Source of the DNA: Gammaproteobacteria bacterium
Lineage (GTDB): Bacteria; Pseudomonadota; Gammaproteobacteria; Eutrophobiales; Eutrophobiaceae
DNA length: 64,000 nt
NCBI GenBank assembly: GCA_965243205.1
Contig: CBDEUK010000002.1
Span: 1,472,001 to 1,536,000, forward strand
Reading direction: 5' to 3'
The notes under the pieces were generated by a model. The model did no database searches and had not been told where the DNA came from. It worked only from the letters and a program-made list of their open reading frames with translations. Shown piece after piece: positions 1-10,258 of this stretch. Each line of letters starts with the position of its first letter. The first letter of the stretch is position 1. The position numbers and the translations under genes were made by a program.

Positions 1-82
1 CTGATGCTTGCATCGGCTGGGATGACACAGAATTAATTCTTGAAAAACTTGCTGCTGCATCTAAAGAAAGAATTGAATATTC

Positions 83-898
83 TTAATCAATAAGTTTTCG
101 AAATACCAACGCCAAAAAATAGGTCATCACTGTCATGACGACCATCATGGCACCTGATGGTATATCAGGTTGATAAGATAAAACTAATCCTGATACACAG
201 CCTAAAAAACATAATAGTATCGAAATAATAATCATGCTATGAAATGATCGTGCAAATAATGCCGCTGTTGCTGATGGTATCACTAATAATGCTAACGCCA
301 ATATTAGTCCTACCATTTGAATCATTAAGACTACACTTATTGAGATCAAACAAAGTAACACTGTATAAATTAACTCTGTTTTAACACCACGAATCTTTGC
401 AAACTCTTCATCAAAAGTAATAATCATTAATTGTTTATATAAAATATAAACACTGAAGATTAATAAACAATCTAACGCCAGCATAATTTTTAAATCTTGT
501 TGAGAAACTAATAAAATATTCCCAAACAAATAGTGCATTAGATCCACACTATAACCAGGTGTTTTTGCAATAAAGATTAATCCAATGGCCATTCCTAATG
601 ACCAAATCGCTGCAATTAAAATATCTTCATTCTGTTTTAAACGTATCGTCACAATTGCTATGATTACAGCAAACATAAAAGCCGCGATGAAAGCGCCTAA
701 AAAAGGAGGGTGGTTAAAAAAATAAGCTATCCCCATTCCAGACAAAACTGCATGAGAAATACCACCTACTAAAAAACCCATTCTTTTAGCAACGACAAAG
801 CTTCCCATTAAACCGCAACCAATGCTCGCTAATACACAAGCAATGAGAGCATTTTGTATAAAACTATGTTCAAAAGCGGCTTGAATAAATTCAATCAT
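83..898 (-). CDS. znuB: Zinc ABC transporter permease
   Basis: Multi-TM ABC-3 permease motifs (GGISHAVLSG, YLFGNIL, FDEEFAK); last gene of zur-znuA-znuC run. Confidence 0.9.
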   Translation of the reverse strand: MIEFIQAAFEHSFIQNALIACVLASIGCGLMGSFVVAKRMGFLVGGISHAVLSGMGIAYFFNHPPFLGAFIAAFMFAVIIAIVTIRLKQNEDILIAAIWSLGMAIGLIFIAKTPGYSVDLMHYLFGNILLVSQQDLKIMLALDCLLIFSVYILYKQLMIITFDEEFAKIRGVKTELIYTVLLCLISISVVLMIQMVGLILALALLVIPSATAALFARSFHSMIIISILLCFLGCVSGLVLSYQPDIPSGAMMVVMTVMTYFLALVFRKLID

Positions 899-912
899 AA
901 AATCTTTATCAC

Positions 913-1638
913 TTAATGTGTATGATGAATCATACTGACATCAATGCCATATAATTCTTCAATCGTTTTGCCATTAACTGATTCAATATCATGGCAAATA
1001 AGATTTTGATTCACACATGCTACTCTATCGACATATGAGGATATAAACGCCACATCATGTGAAATAACAAGAATGGTCATTTTGGAATTATAATCTTTTA
1101 ATAACTTAAAAATATCTTCTTCAGCTATTACATCTATATTCGCGGTTGGTTCATCTAAAATTAATATTTCAGGTTGACATACTAATGCTCTAGCTAACCA
1201 AACACGTTGTAATTGGCCACCAGAAAGTTCAGTTAATTTTTTATCTGCGATATTGGTTATATTTAAAACCGTTAATATTTCTTCAGTAATTTTTTTATCT
1301 TCTACAGAATAAGCCCCAAAGAAATTATTTGTTCCTAATCTTCCTAACATAACGGTATCTTTAACCGTGATCGGAAAGTGGCTATTGAGCTCAGGCTTTT
1401 GAGCAACGTAACCAATTCGATGCCTTACTTTACTTGGGTATGAGCCAAATACAGAAACCGTTCCTTGAACGGGCTTAATTAATCCTAGTATTGTTTTAAT
1501 TAAAGTTGTTTTGCCTGCAGCGTTCGGACCAATGATGCCAATAAACTCACCAGCCTCAACTGTAAAATTAATATCTTTCAAAACTGTTTTATTACCAAAA
1601 ACAATCTTCACATCTTTAATATCTATTAAAGATGTCAT
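913..1638 (-). CDS. znuC: Zinc ABC transporter ATP-binding protein
   Basis: Walker A GPNAAGKTT, LSGGQ signature, LDEPT Walker B, SHD H-loop. Confidence 0.9.
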   Translation of the reverse strand: MTSLIDIKDVKIVFGNKTVLKDINFTVEAGEFIGIIGPNAAGKTTLIKTILGLIKPVQGTVSVFGSYPSKVRHRIGYVAQKPELNSHFPITVKDTVMLGRLGTNNFFGAYSVEDKKITEEILTVLNITNIADKKLTELSGGQLQRVWLARALVCQPEILILDEPTANIDVIAEEDIFKLLKDYNSKMTILVISHDVAFISSYVDRVACVNQNLICHDIESVNGKTIEELYGIDVSMIHHTH

Positions 1639-1639
1639 A

Positions 1640-2485
1640 TTAATTTTTAAACGATTGAATTAATTTTTGAGTGGTTAACTGAAGATTTGCGACGTAATCA
1701 TATGCCAATGGATCTATAAAGACTATTTGAGCATTCAATTCATTTGCTATGACATTCGCTGATTTAGAATGCAATTTTTCAACGCTAAAAATATGTTTTA
1801 TATTTTTTGATACAGCTTGATCTAAAATTTTTTCTCTTTCCTTAATACCAATATCTTTTCCTTCTTGTTCTAAAGATACTTGTTTTAAACCATATCGTTT
1901 AGCGTAATAAGACCAAGCAGGATGCGTTACGATAAAGATATTTTCTTCGAATGGTTGTAATTGTTTTTTGATAAATTCATCCAACTCTTTTAATTGACTC
2001 ACTAAATTGTCAAAAGACTTTTTATAATTTTCAGCTTTTTCTGGATAAACTGTATTCAACTGCACTAACATACTTCGGGCAATTTCAATCAATAAAATAG
2101 GATCAGTCCATATATGGGGATCCATTTCATGATGATGTCGATATTCTGTATGAGTTAATGTTTTGAGTTCCGAACAACAATTTGTATTAATCACTAAATC
2201 TGAATTTTCAGATAAAACAGTAATCCATTTTTTTTCGAATGGTAACCCCAAAGAAAAATATATATCGGATTGTTTAATTTTTATAATTTGTTTTGGCGTT
2301 GGCTCAAACAATTCGGGACTTTTATTTTGAGGGACTAAACTAACTACTTTTGCATCTTTACCAACGATTTTCTCCATTAAAAACTGTAATGGAGGAATGC
2401 TTACAGCAATCGTGCGTTCAGTACTAGCAATACTGAATTCACAATAGACAAAAATACAAACCAAAATTAAAAAACGATTCTGCAT
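1640..2485 (-). CDS. znuA: Zinc ABC transporter substrate-binding protein
   Basis: Signal peptide, HHHEMDPHIW and THPAWSYY cluster A-I SBP motifs. Confidence 0.88.
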   Translation of the reverse strand: MQNRFLILVCIFVYCEFSIASTERTIAVSIPPLQFLMEKIVGKDAKVVSLVPQNKSPELFEPTPKQIIKIKQSDIYFSLGLPFEKKWITVLSENSDLVINTNCCSELKTLTHTEYRHHHEMDPHIWTDPILLIEIARSMLVQLNTVYPEKAENYKKSFDNLVSQLKELDEFIKKQLQPFEENIFIVTHPAWSYYAKRYGLKQVSLEQEGKDIGIKEREKILDQAVSKNIKHIFSVEKLHSKSANVIANELNAQIVFIDPLAYDYVANLQLTTQKLIQSFKN

Positions 2486-2497
2486 ATTTTTTCTTAA

Positions 2498-2971
2498 TTA
2501 ACGCTGACGACATTGAGAACATAAACCATTAATCTCTAGTGACATGGTCTCGTATTGAAAATCCATTTTTTTTGTCATTGATTGAATCTTTTGTTGTATT
2601 TCAGAGCTACCTAATTCAGCAACCGATCCACATTCCTGACAAATTAAGAACTGGCATTGATGAGACTGGGTCGGATCAGAACACCCAAGGTAAGCATTTA
2701 GTGATTCAATTTTATGTACCAAGCCTAAAGCCTGTAAAAAATCCAAAGCTCGATAAACCGTTGGAGGTGCCGAAGACGAATGGACTTTTTTCAATTTGGC
2801 TAATAAATCATAGGCCTTCATCGGCTCGTGACTAGCCCATATAAACTCCAAAACTGTTTGTCTCAATGGCGTTAATCGTTCGCCGTGTGACTTACAAATG
2901 CTCTTGGCGTGCTCCAAAGCTGTCTTCTGGCAAGTTTTATGGTTATGGTGTTGAAATGAGATCGAAGTCAT
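2498..2971 (-). CDS. zur: Zinc uptake regulator (Fur family)
   Basis: PPTVYRALDFL, two CxxC motifs, heads znu operon. Confidence 0.9.
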   Translation of the reverse strand: MTSISFQHHNHKTCQKTALEHAKSICKSHGERLTPLRQTVLEFIWASHEPMKAYDLLAKLKKVHSSSAPPTVYRALDFLQALGLVHKIESLNAYLGCSDPTQSHQCQFLICQECGSVAELGSSEIQQKIQSMTKKMDFQYETMSLEINGLCSQCRQR

Positions 2972-2994
2972 CGGTAAAATTCAATTTAAATTAG

Positions 2995-3009
2995 TGTTAT
3001 AATATAACA
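2995..3009. promoter_or_regulatory. Zur box
   Basis: TGTTAT-AAT-ATAACA palindrome matching the proteobacterial Zur consensus, directly upstream of zur. Confidence 0.85.
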
Positions 3010-3106
3010 GTCTTGGCTAGAATAAAATATGATGGCATTTTAGCTTGAAAATCTCTGCTAAAATAACCATCTAACATTCAAGTAGTTATCCAATAAAAAA
3101 TAACGT

Positions 3107-3376
3107 ATGGCCGAACAACAGCAAAACTCCGAAGAAATTACTGTCTATCTTGATGCGAAAGGACTGAATTGCCCGTTACCTATACTGAAGTCTAAATTAG
3201 AGCTCAATAAAATGCACGCTGGAGAGATCTTATTTGTCGAATCAACCGATCCACATTCTAAGATCGATTTTGAAGCCTATTGCGCACGTACAGGGCATGA
3301 AATTCTTCAGTACAAAGATTCAGATGGTGTTTTTTGTTTTACGATTAAACGGACTGAAAACCCCAAGAAAATTTAA
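3107..3376 (+). CDS. tusA: TusA/SirA family sulfur carrier
   Basis: LDAKGLNCPLPIL (CPxP) motif, TDP motif. Confidence 0.85.
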   Translation: MAEQQQNSEEITVYLDAKGLNCPLPILKSKLELNKMHAGEILFVESTDPHSKIDFEAYCARTGHEILQYKDSDGVFCFTIKRTENPKKI

Positions 3377-3525
3377 AGTTTGACGATAATTATCATCAGA
3401 AAACTAAAATAGGGTTAGCCTGGAAAAAATCCGTTGTTATAATAGCTTAGACAAATTAGATAAGATTTTACACGGATTGCCCTCAAACCAGCACTGAAAC
3501 CATGCTTAGAGGTATTTATTAATCA

Positions 3526-4830
3526 ATGTCTGGCGCAAGATTACTTGTCGTAGAAGATGATAGGACAACTGCTAATGTCATGCAGTTGAAGCTGAAAAGC
3601 TTCGGCTATGAGGTGTCAAAACCAGCAACCAATTCTGATGAAGCCATTCAAGAAGTAGAATCGTTTAAGCCTGAACTTGTTCTTATGGATATCAAACTGG
3701 GCAGAGGTAAAGACGGGATAGAAACAGCAAAAATTATCCGCGATCGTTATCAAATTCCTGTTGTCTTCGTTACTTCATATTCCGATAAAAAAACCATCGA
3801 ACGCGCGACCGACACTATGCCTTTAGGCTACATTAATAAACCTTTAAGAGATAAAGATTTAAAAACTACCGTAGCTCTTGCTTTAGAAAAACTCAAACTA
3901 ACCGCCAAACAAGAGTCAGCTAAAAATGAATCGGCTCTAGTTCGCCATGATATAGAAATTTTTTCCGCCGCTAATGGAAACATCGAAGATTATAATCTTG
4001 GTGCTCGCCAAACTTTAAAATCATTAGAGCTTGATAATATTGAAGATTTACTTCCCCATAATCATCGACAAATCATCGATTATTCATTAAGAATAGGTAA
4101 CTCATATTTAGTCGCTGGGCGTCTAATGGATAGGATTTTTTCATGGGAATACATACCTAATAATACCAATCAAACTGTCAGGATTGTCTGTGAAGATTTA
4201 ACAAATAATCGCCGTCTTTCTCACAGTGGTTCGAATGAAGAAGCCTTTAAACAAACACTGAATTATTTATCTGTCGGCGTATTGTTAGTCAATCACAAAC
4301 TTGAACCGACATTTATCAATCAAGCTGCAGAGCAATTTATTAATAATGATAAAAGCCTTATGGTTGACGATGGCACTATTTACTTGGCTACCGAAGAATT
4401 AAATCTTGAGTTGGTAAAATGCGTATCCTCAAGTTCAGGTGGCGTTATCTCTATGAAGCAACATCATAAAGACTCATCTACTGAGCTCCTTATTTCTCCA
4501 TTATCAATGGAAACAAACAATGACAATATGACAACACCAAAAGCGATCATTTTTATTTTCCATGCCCATAAAGATGCACAAAAATTCGAGGAACTTTTAA
4601 AAGCCCTGTATCGCTTTACTAATGCAGAAGCTCGACTCGCTTCAGCGCTGATCCGTGACCCACGATTAGAGCAAGCAGCAAATTCAATAGGCATAAAAAT
4701 TAATACTGCTCGCAGTCACCTAAAGAAAATTTTTCAAAAAACTGGTACTGATCGACAATCTTCATTGATTAATCATATTGTGAGTGGGCCTGCTGGACTT
4801 ATAATAAAAACTGGAAAGCACCAGGAATGA
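3526..4830 (+). CDS. Response regulator: REC + PAS-like + LuxR-type HTH
   Basis: N-term VVEDD...LMDIKL...VTS...KP receiver; C-term FTNAEARLA...NTARSHLKKIFQKTG HTH. Confidence 0.8.
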   Translation: MSGARLLVVEDDRTTANVMQLKLKSFGYEVSKPATNSDEAIQEVESFKPELVLMDIKLGRGKDGIETAKIIRDRYQIPVVFVTSYSDKKTIERATDTMPLGYINKPLRDKDLKTTVALALEKLKLTAKQESAKNESALVRHDIEIFSAANGNIEDYNLGARQTLKSLELDNIEDLLPHNHRQIIDYSLRIGNSYLVAGRLMDRIFSWEYIPNNTNQTVRIVCEDLTNNRRLSHSGSNEEAFKQTLNYLSVGVLLVNHKLEPTFINQAAEQFINNDKSLMVDDGTIYLATEELNLELVKCVSSSSGGVISMKQHHKDSSTELLISPLSMETNNDNMTTPKAIIFIFHAHKDAQKFEELLKALYRFTNAEARLASALIRDPRLEQAANSIGIKINTARSHLKKIFQKTGTDRQSSLINHIVSGPAGLIIKTGKHQE

Positions 4831-4837
4831 ATTTTAT

Positions 4838-5212
4838 ATGGATAAAATCCAAATCAAGATCGCCCATAAAACCGTTTTAGTAAAACTTCTAGATACACCC
4901 ACAGCTGCAGCCATTTTTAAAGCATTACCTTTTACCTCTGAAGCCAGAACCTGGGGAGAAGAAGTGTATTTTCAAGCTCCTGTTACAACAACCCTAGAAC
5001 AAAATGCTAAAGATGTTGTAGAAGCAGGTGAAATGGCTTTTTGGGTTGAAGGCCAATGCATTGCCATCGGTTTTGGGCCGACACCTATCTCTCAAGGCAA
5101 TGAAATACGTCTTGCTGCCAAAACCAATATTTGGGGCAAAGCCTTAACAGATGTGAAGGATTTAATCGCCATACGCGATGGCGACTCTATATTGGTTCAA
5201 GCCATCGACTAA
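4838..5212 (+). CDS. Cyclophilin-like fold protein (DUF369-like)
   Basis: ALPF...TWGEEVYF...AFW...IGFGPTPIS motifs. Confidence 0.75.
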   Translation: MDKIQIKIAHKTVLVKLLDTPTAAAIFKALPFTSEARTWGEEVYFQAPVTTTLEQNAKDVVEAGEMAFWVEGQCIAIGFGPTPISQGNEIRLAAKTNIWGKALTDVKDLIAIRDGDSILVQAID

Positions 5213-5221
5213 ATAAGCGAT

Positions 5222-5638
5222 CTAGGCTTCAACGATTTCATAGTCGTGGGTCACTTTTGCAGTAGCACCTAACATAATCGATGCTGAACAGTACTTTTCT
5301 GCCGATAGCTCTATCGCCCGCTGCACTGTTTTTTCCTTAAGCTCCTTGCCCGTAACCACAAAATGTAAGTGAATATCGGTAAATACTTTTGGGTGCTCAT
5401 CTGCACGTTTCGCCGTGACTTTGACTTCACAATTATCGATATCCAAACGTGATTTTTTTAAAATTGAAATCACATCGACCGAACTACAAGCCCCCATTCC
5501 TACCAACAACATTTCCATTGGTCTAGGCCCCTGGTTTTTGCCTCCAGCATCTGGTGGACCATCCACAATGATGCTATGACCTGAGCCTGTCTCAGCCTCA
5601 AATGCCATATCACTCAGCCATCTTACATTTATCTGCAT
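5222..5638 (-). CDS. yhfA: OsmC family protein
   Basis: GPRPMEMLL.GMGAC and EKYCSAS; divergent from crp as in other gammaproteobacteria. Confidence 0.88.
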   Translation of the reverse strand: MQINVRWLSDMAFEAETGSGHSIIVDGPPDAGGKNQGPRPMEMLLVGMGACSSVDVISILKKSRLDIDNCEVKVTAKRADEHPKVFTDIHLHFVVTGKELKEKTVQRAIELSAEKYCSASIMLGATAKVTHDYEIVEA

Positions 5639-5719
5639 TACATTTACCCAAAGTATTGATTTTCTGGCGAAAGAGTACCATAGTTCTATACCTAAACGGG
5701 AACATACAGGAAATAAGAT

Positions 5720-6388
5720 ATGGCCGAATTACAAAATCGTCCTTCTAGCTTAGCAAACCGTGTTAGCTTCAAAAATCGTGATGAAACCATTTCACGCTTT
5801 CTAGAGCAATGCCATACTCGGCAATTCAATGCTAAGAGCGCTATCGTTAAGGAAGGCGATCCAAGTAATCACCTCTACTACATCATTGATGGCTCAGTCA
5901 GTGTGATGGTAGAAGATGAAAGAGGTCGAGAAATCGTTCTAGCCTACTTGAACCCTGGCGATTTTTTTGGTGAATTCGGTTTGTTTGAAGAAGATCATCA
6001 ACGTACCGCTTTTGTTCGTGCAAAAACAAAATGCGAAATCGCTCAAATTAGTTACGAGCGGCTAAAAAACATGAGCAACTTATTCCCTGATCTTTTATTT
6101 GCCATAGCTACACAAATGGCAAACCGACTTAGAAAGACCAATATTAAAGTGAGTGACCTAGCTTTTACGGATGTACAAGGTCGTATTGCTCGAACCCTAT
6201 TAGATTTATGTAAAGAACCCGATGCCATGACCCATCCTGATGGCATGCAAATCAAGATTACCCGTCAAGAACTCGGGCGTATTGTGGGCTGTTCGCGTGA
6301 AATGGTCGGTCGTGTTTTGAAGTACCTTGAAGATGATGGCCTCATCTCTGTATCGGGTAAAACAATCGTCGTATTTGGCACCCGCTAA
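5720..6388 (+). CDS. crp: cAMP receptor protein CRP/Vfr
   Basis: cNMP domain GEFGLF...RTA; HPDGMQIKITRQELGRIVGCSREMVGRVLK HTH. Confidence 0.95.
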   Translation: MAELQNRPSSLANRVSFKNRDETISRFLEQCHTRQFNAKSAIVKEGDPSNHLYYIIDGSVSVMVEDERGREIVLAYLNPGDFFGEFGLFEEDHQRTAFVRAKTKCEIAQISYERLKNMSNLFPDLLFAIATQMANRLRKTNIKVSDLAFTDVQGRIARTLLDLCKEPDAMTHPDGMQIKITRQELGRIVGCSREMVGRVLKYLEDDGLISVSGKTIVVFGTR

Positions 6389-6391
6389 CTC

Positions 6392-6420
6392 TTGACAAAA
6401 CCCTAATCCAGAAGGATGAT
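6392..6420 (+). promoter_or_regulatory. Putative sigma70 promoter of tRNA-Met
   Basis: TTGACA-17 bp-GATGAT followed by GC-rich discriminator CGCCC. Confidence 0.5.
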
Positions 6421-6449
6421 CGCCCATCCTTTTGGAAGACCCTTCCTAT

Positions 6450-6526
6450 GGCTATGTAGCTCAGCTGGTTAGAGCGCGGCATTCATAATGCTGAGGTCGG
6501 TGGTTCAAGTCCACCCATAGCCACCA
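6450..6526 (+). tRNA. tRNA-Met(CAT), elongator type
   Basis: GGCTATG/CATAGCC acceptor stem, anticodon loop TTCATAA, GGTTCAAGTCC T-arm, encoded CCA, 77 nt. Confidence 0.95.
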
Positions 6527-6553
6527 TACATTATTTGAATCTAATTTTTCTGG

Positions 6554-7267
6554 TCACCACATTTTTCTAACTCTATTTTTCTCCCTACCAATTTTATTAC
6601 CGGATAACCTATCCCATAATTGAATACCCGTGTATTGTTCAACCAATGCAGTTGGTACAAGAAACTCTTCAAGAGATTTATTCGTACCAACGTTCGGGAT
6701 CATAAACGACCACATGTTTATATTTCCTCGATTATTCTCAGTTAAAACTGATTTAAAAAATGCATGAGGTATTGGCAAGGTTACGCCATTAGCTCGTTTA
6801 GATTTAATAACGTCGATTTTTTTATGAAAATCAAACACAGGACCTGAAACAACATAGGTTTCGAAGATATTTTTTTTATCATTCAGTCTTCTTACTTCTT
6901 CTTCTAATTTTTTCCAAATCTTTCGATTAAAATTTGGTTTTTGTGGCGCCATATTAGAAAGCAAAAACGTTTCACTATTTTGTATCTCAACTTCTCTTTG
7001 ATTAGCACTTGCGACTAAATGACCACGGTCATAACCAGAACCTTCGTAATCAGGTAAATCCGCCATAAACATAAATGGAATACGATAATCAGGACGAAAA
7101 TTATCTAACCTTTCGATATCAGACTTATCAGAGTCGACTATTTCTAATGCCCACTTAGCTTGCCTGAAATAATATGAATAGCCAATGACATAATAACGAT
7201 TAAAAAGTATATGATCAGCAGCAGGCATACCATAACGAGTTTCTTTTTTGAGGCTAGGTATATCCAT
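6554..7267 (-). CDS. DNA/RNA non-specific endonuclease (NucA/EndoG family)
   Basis: YDRGHL, SNMAPQ..FN..IW..LE, SGP, IP..FFK motifs. Confidence 0.88.
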   Translation of the reverse strand: MDIPSLKKETRYGMPAADHILFNRYYVIGYSYYFRQAKWALEIVDSDKSDIERLDNFRPDYRIPFMFMADLPDYEGSGYDRGHLVASANQREVEIQNSETFLLSNMAPQKPNFNRKIWKKLEEEVRRLNDKKNIFETYVVSGPVFDFHKKIDVIKSKRANGVTLPIPHAFFKSVLTENNRGNINMWSFMIPNVGTNKSLEEFLVPTALVEQYTGIQLWDRLSGNKIGREKNRVRKMW

Positions 7268-7391
7268 AATCTATCTCCACTCTTCGAAAGCTATAGACTA
7301 ATATTGTGACAAAATAATATGGGTTTATATAGGTTTAAATCCAATTTGAAATAGGTATTACTGCAAAACAACAAACGTATCATCTATAGCT

Positions 7392-8558
7392 CTATTTCAA
7401 GCTGAGTTTTAGAATACAATAACCCGTAATACCTGATATAAACGACCCAATCAGAATTCCCAAACGTTCATCAAATAATAAATTAACACCTGTTTCCTCG
7501 AAGGCCAAAGAGCCAATAAATAAGCTCATGGTAAAACCGACTCCACATAAAGCCGAAATACCATATAAATTTTTCAAAGTCATGCCTCTCGGCAAAGTGA
7601 TTAAATTAAGTTTGATACCTAACCAACAAAAACCAAATACTCCAATCTGTTTGCCAAAAAATAAACCTGCTGCAATACCTAAAGGCACACTATGAAAAAC
7701 TTGTTGCACACTAATGCCATGTAGATTAATACCTGCATTCGCAAATGCGAACAGAGGCAAAATAAAAAAAGTAACGACTTTATATAAGTCGTGCTCAAAT
7801 TCTTTTAATGGTGATGTATTAGGAGATTGTGTACGAATAGGAATAAACATAGCCAATACAACACCACTCAAAGTTGCATGCACACCTGATTTCAACATAC
7901 CAACCCACATTACTGTACCAACGATTATGTATGCGACTTTAGAAACCACACCTAAACGATTCAACACGAATAAAATCGCTATGCATAAAACAGCAACTGA
8001 TAATGCAAGGTTTGAAATGTTAGGTGTGTAAAATACAGCTATGATAAAAATAGCCCCAATATCATCAAATACTGCAAGCGATGTAAGAAATACTTTTAAC
8101 GATAATGGAACTTTACTACCTAATAATGCAAGAATACCTAAACTAAAAGCGATATCAGTTGCGGCTGGAATTGCCCAACCTTGCACAGCAACTTCATTTT
8201 CTATATTGATGAGAACATAAATAGCTGAAGGCACCAACATGCCACCAAAAGCACCTATAGCTGGAAGTATTACGTTTTTTATCTCTGACAATTCTCCTTC
8301 AATCACTTCACGTTTTAATTCTAAACCAATCAAGAAAAAGAACATTGTCATCAAACCATCATTTATCCATAACAATAATGGCTTTGAAATTCTAAATTCA
8401 CCAACGCGTATTTCTACTATGGTTGATAATAATAAATCGTAATAATGACTGAGAGGACTATTGGCAATAAGGATCGCTAGAACCGCGACAAACATTAAAA
8501 TGATTCCTGGAGCGGATTCTTTTTTAAAAAAATCTGAAAAAGACTTTGAAAGGATCAT
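7392..8558 (-). CDS. nhaA: Na+/H+ antiporter NhaA
   Basis: WINDGLM, GWAIPAATDIAF, LAVFDD, LCGVGFTMSLFI. Confidence 0.95.
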   Translation of the reverse strand: MILSKSFSDFFKKESAPGIILMFVAVLAILIANSPLSHYYDLLLSTIVEIRVGEFRISKPLLLWINDGLMTMFFFLIGLELKREVIEGELSEIKNVILPAIGAFGGMLVPSAIYVLINIENEVAVQGWAIPAATDIAFSLGILALLGSKVPLSLKVFLTSLAVFDDIGAIFIIAVFYTPNISNLALSVAVLCIAILFVLNRLGVVSKVAYIIVGTVMWVGMLKSGVHATLSGVVLAMFIPIRTQSPNTSPLKEFEHDLYKVVTFFILPLFAFANAGINLHGISVQQVFHSVPLGIAAGLFFGKQIGVFGFCWLGIKLNLITLPRGMTLKNLYGISALCGVGFTMSLFIGSLAFEETGVNLLFDERLGILIGSFISGITGYCILKLSLK

Positions 8559-8595
8559 TAAACTATTTTTTCACGAAAGAAAAATAGCATTAATG

Positions 8596-8621
8596 AAAGA
8601 GATTTATAAAAAAATCTCTTT
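8596..8621. terminator. Hairpin after sulP
   Basis: AAAGAGATTT-ataaaa-AAATCTCTTT inverted repeat (AT-rich, weak). Confidence 0.4.
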
Positions 8622-8639
8622 TCAAAAAAAGATTTTGTA

Positions 8640-10172
8640 TCAAGCGTACTTGTTGTGTTCAACCGTAATATTTCGGTGACCAGCACCTAATTTAAACTCT
8701 TCAATCACTTCGAGCACATCTGGATCCATATGACGAGTTTGACTGCTATCAATCGTTACATATGAACCATCAGGCACATGGCCTAATGCGTCTACAACAG
8801 ACGCTCGACTAAAGAAGCTGACTTCATCTGAAAAATTTAATGTGACTTGATGAGTATGATCAGGTAATTCATGATCTTCAATTCGATATTCAAAAGAGTT
8901 CATGAAATTACGACGTAAGATCATAAACACTGCGATGAACAACCCAAACGCAATACCTATTAATAAATCTGTAAATACAATGCCTAAGATAGTAGCAATA
9001 AAAGGTAAGAACTGATCCATGCCCGCTTTGTATAAACCAGTAAAAATTTCTGGCTTAGCAAGTTTGTACCCAACCACAAATAAAATACTGGCTAACACTG
9101 ATAGCGGAATAAGATTTAAAACGTGTGGCAATATCAAAACGAAAACTAATAAAAACACACCATGCATAATCGCAGAAAGTTTAGTTCTAGCATTCGATTG
9201 AATGTTTGCTGAGCTTCGAACGATCACTTGTGTAATTGGTAAACCACCGATTAAACCTGATGTACAATTTCCAACACCTTGTGCAAATAACTCACGGTTT
9301 GTAGGCGTAACACGTTTTAAAGGATCTAATTTATCAGTCGCTTCAACACATAATAATGTTTCTAAACTTGCAACGACAGCAAAGGTAATTGCAGTAATAA
9401 TAACTGCAGAATCCATTGCTCTACTCCAATCAGGAAATACTAAAAGATCTTTTATTCCTGATAACCCGTCTATTACTGGCACACTCACTAAATGTTGTTG
9501 TTTTAATGCAAGTTCAGGAAAGTAGCGTGATGTTATGATTTGAAATAAGATTCCGAAAACAACTGCTACCAAAGGACCTTGAATTAATTTAAAGACAGCT
9601 GATTTTTTTACTAAAACGATTTCCCATAATAAAAGAATCGCAATACTAACCAGTGAAACAATGATTGCTGCAAACTGATAATCGAACAACATTAACGTCA
9701 TAGATGTAAATGTGTTTTCACCATCAGGTTGTATGAATGCCAATTGGCCTTCTGGAATGGAATCGTAACCAATCGCATGTGGGATTTGTTTTAAGATAAT
9801 GATAATACCAATACCCGCTAACATGCCTTTAATCACGGACGAAGGAAAAAAGTAAGCTATGAAACCACCGCGTGCTAAACCAAAAGCAATTTGAATTAAT
9901 CCCGCTAATACAACTGACATTAAAAAGGCTTCGAAACCTAATTTATCAATGGCTGCTAGAACGATAACGGCAAGTCCAGCAGCAGGGCCTGATACACCAA
10001 GCTGTGATCCACTTAAACTACCAACAACAATCCCACCAACAATACCCGCAATTAAACCTGAGAACAGTGGAGCGCCACTGGCTAAAGCGATACCTAAACA
10101 TAATGGTACAGCAACAAAAAATACAACAATACTAGCAGGGAGATCACTTCTAAGGTTTTTAATCAGATTCAT
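8640..10172 (-). CDS. SulP/SLC26 anion (likely bicarbonate) transporter
   Basis: VAVPLCLGIALASG, GVSGPAAGL, NRELFAQG, IVRSSAN; C-term STAS-like; directly downstream of carbonic anhydrase. Confidence 0.9.
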   Translation of the reverse strand: MNLIKNLRSDLPASIVVFFVAVPLCLGIALASGAPLFSGLIAGIVGGIVVGSLSGSQLGVSGPAAGLAVIVLAAIDKLGFEAFLMSVVLAGLIQIAFGLARGGFIAYFFPSSVIKGMLAGIGIIIILKQIPHAIGYDSIPEGQLAFIQPDGENTFTSMTLMLFDYQFAAIIVSLVSIAILLLWEIVLVKKSAVFKLIQGPLVAVVFGILFQIITSRYFPELALKQQHLVSVPVIDGLSGIKDLLVFPDWSRAMDSAVIITAITFAVVASLETLLCVEATDKLDPLKRVTPTNRELFAQGVGNCTSGLIGGLPITQVIVRSSANIQSNARTKLSAIMHGVFLLVFVLILPHVLNLIPLSVLASILFVVGYKLAKPEIFTGLYKAGMDQFLPFIATILGIVFTDLLIGIAFGLFIAVFMILRRNFMNSFEYRIEDHELPDHTHQVTLNFSDEVSFFSRASVVDALGHVPDGSYVTIDSSQTRHMDPDVLEVIEEFKLGAGHRNITVEHNKYA

Positions 10173-10200
10173 GGCAAAGATTACTTATAGTGTTTTGTTT

Positions 10201-10234
10201 AAACAAAACAGCTTCTACATAACAAGAAGCTGTT
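10201..10234 (-). terminator. Intercistronic hairpin/terminator between carbonic anhydrase and sulP
   Basis: AACAGCTTCT/AGAAGCTGTT 10-bp stem followed by a T-rich run on the minus strand. Confidence 0.55.
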
Positions 10235-10258
10235 CATTAAAATTAGTGTAAATGGAAA

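Noticed and set aside
7305-7320. TGTGA half-site upstream of the nuclease gene
   Set aside because: Second CRP half-site absent; expected by chance in AT-rich DNA
7714-10251. Multiple 60-107 aa plus-strand ORFs over nhaA and sulP (similar ones over cyoB, gltB, pilQ, pilM and others)
   Set aside because: Antisense shadows of well-supported genes with no independent coding evidence
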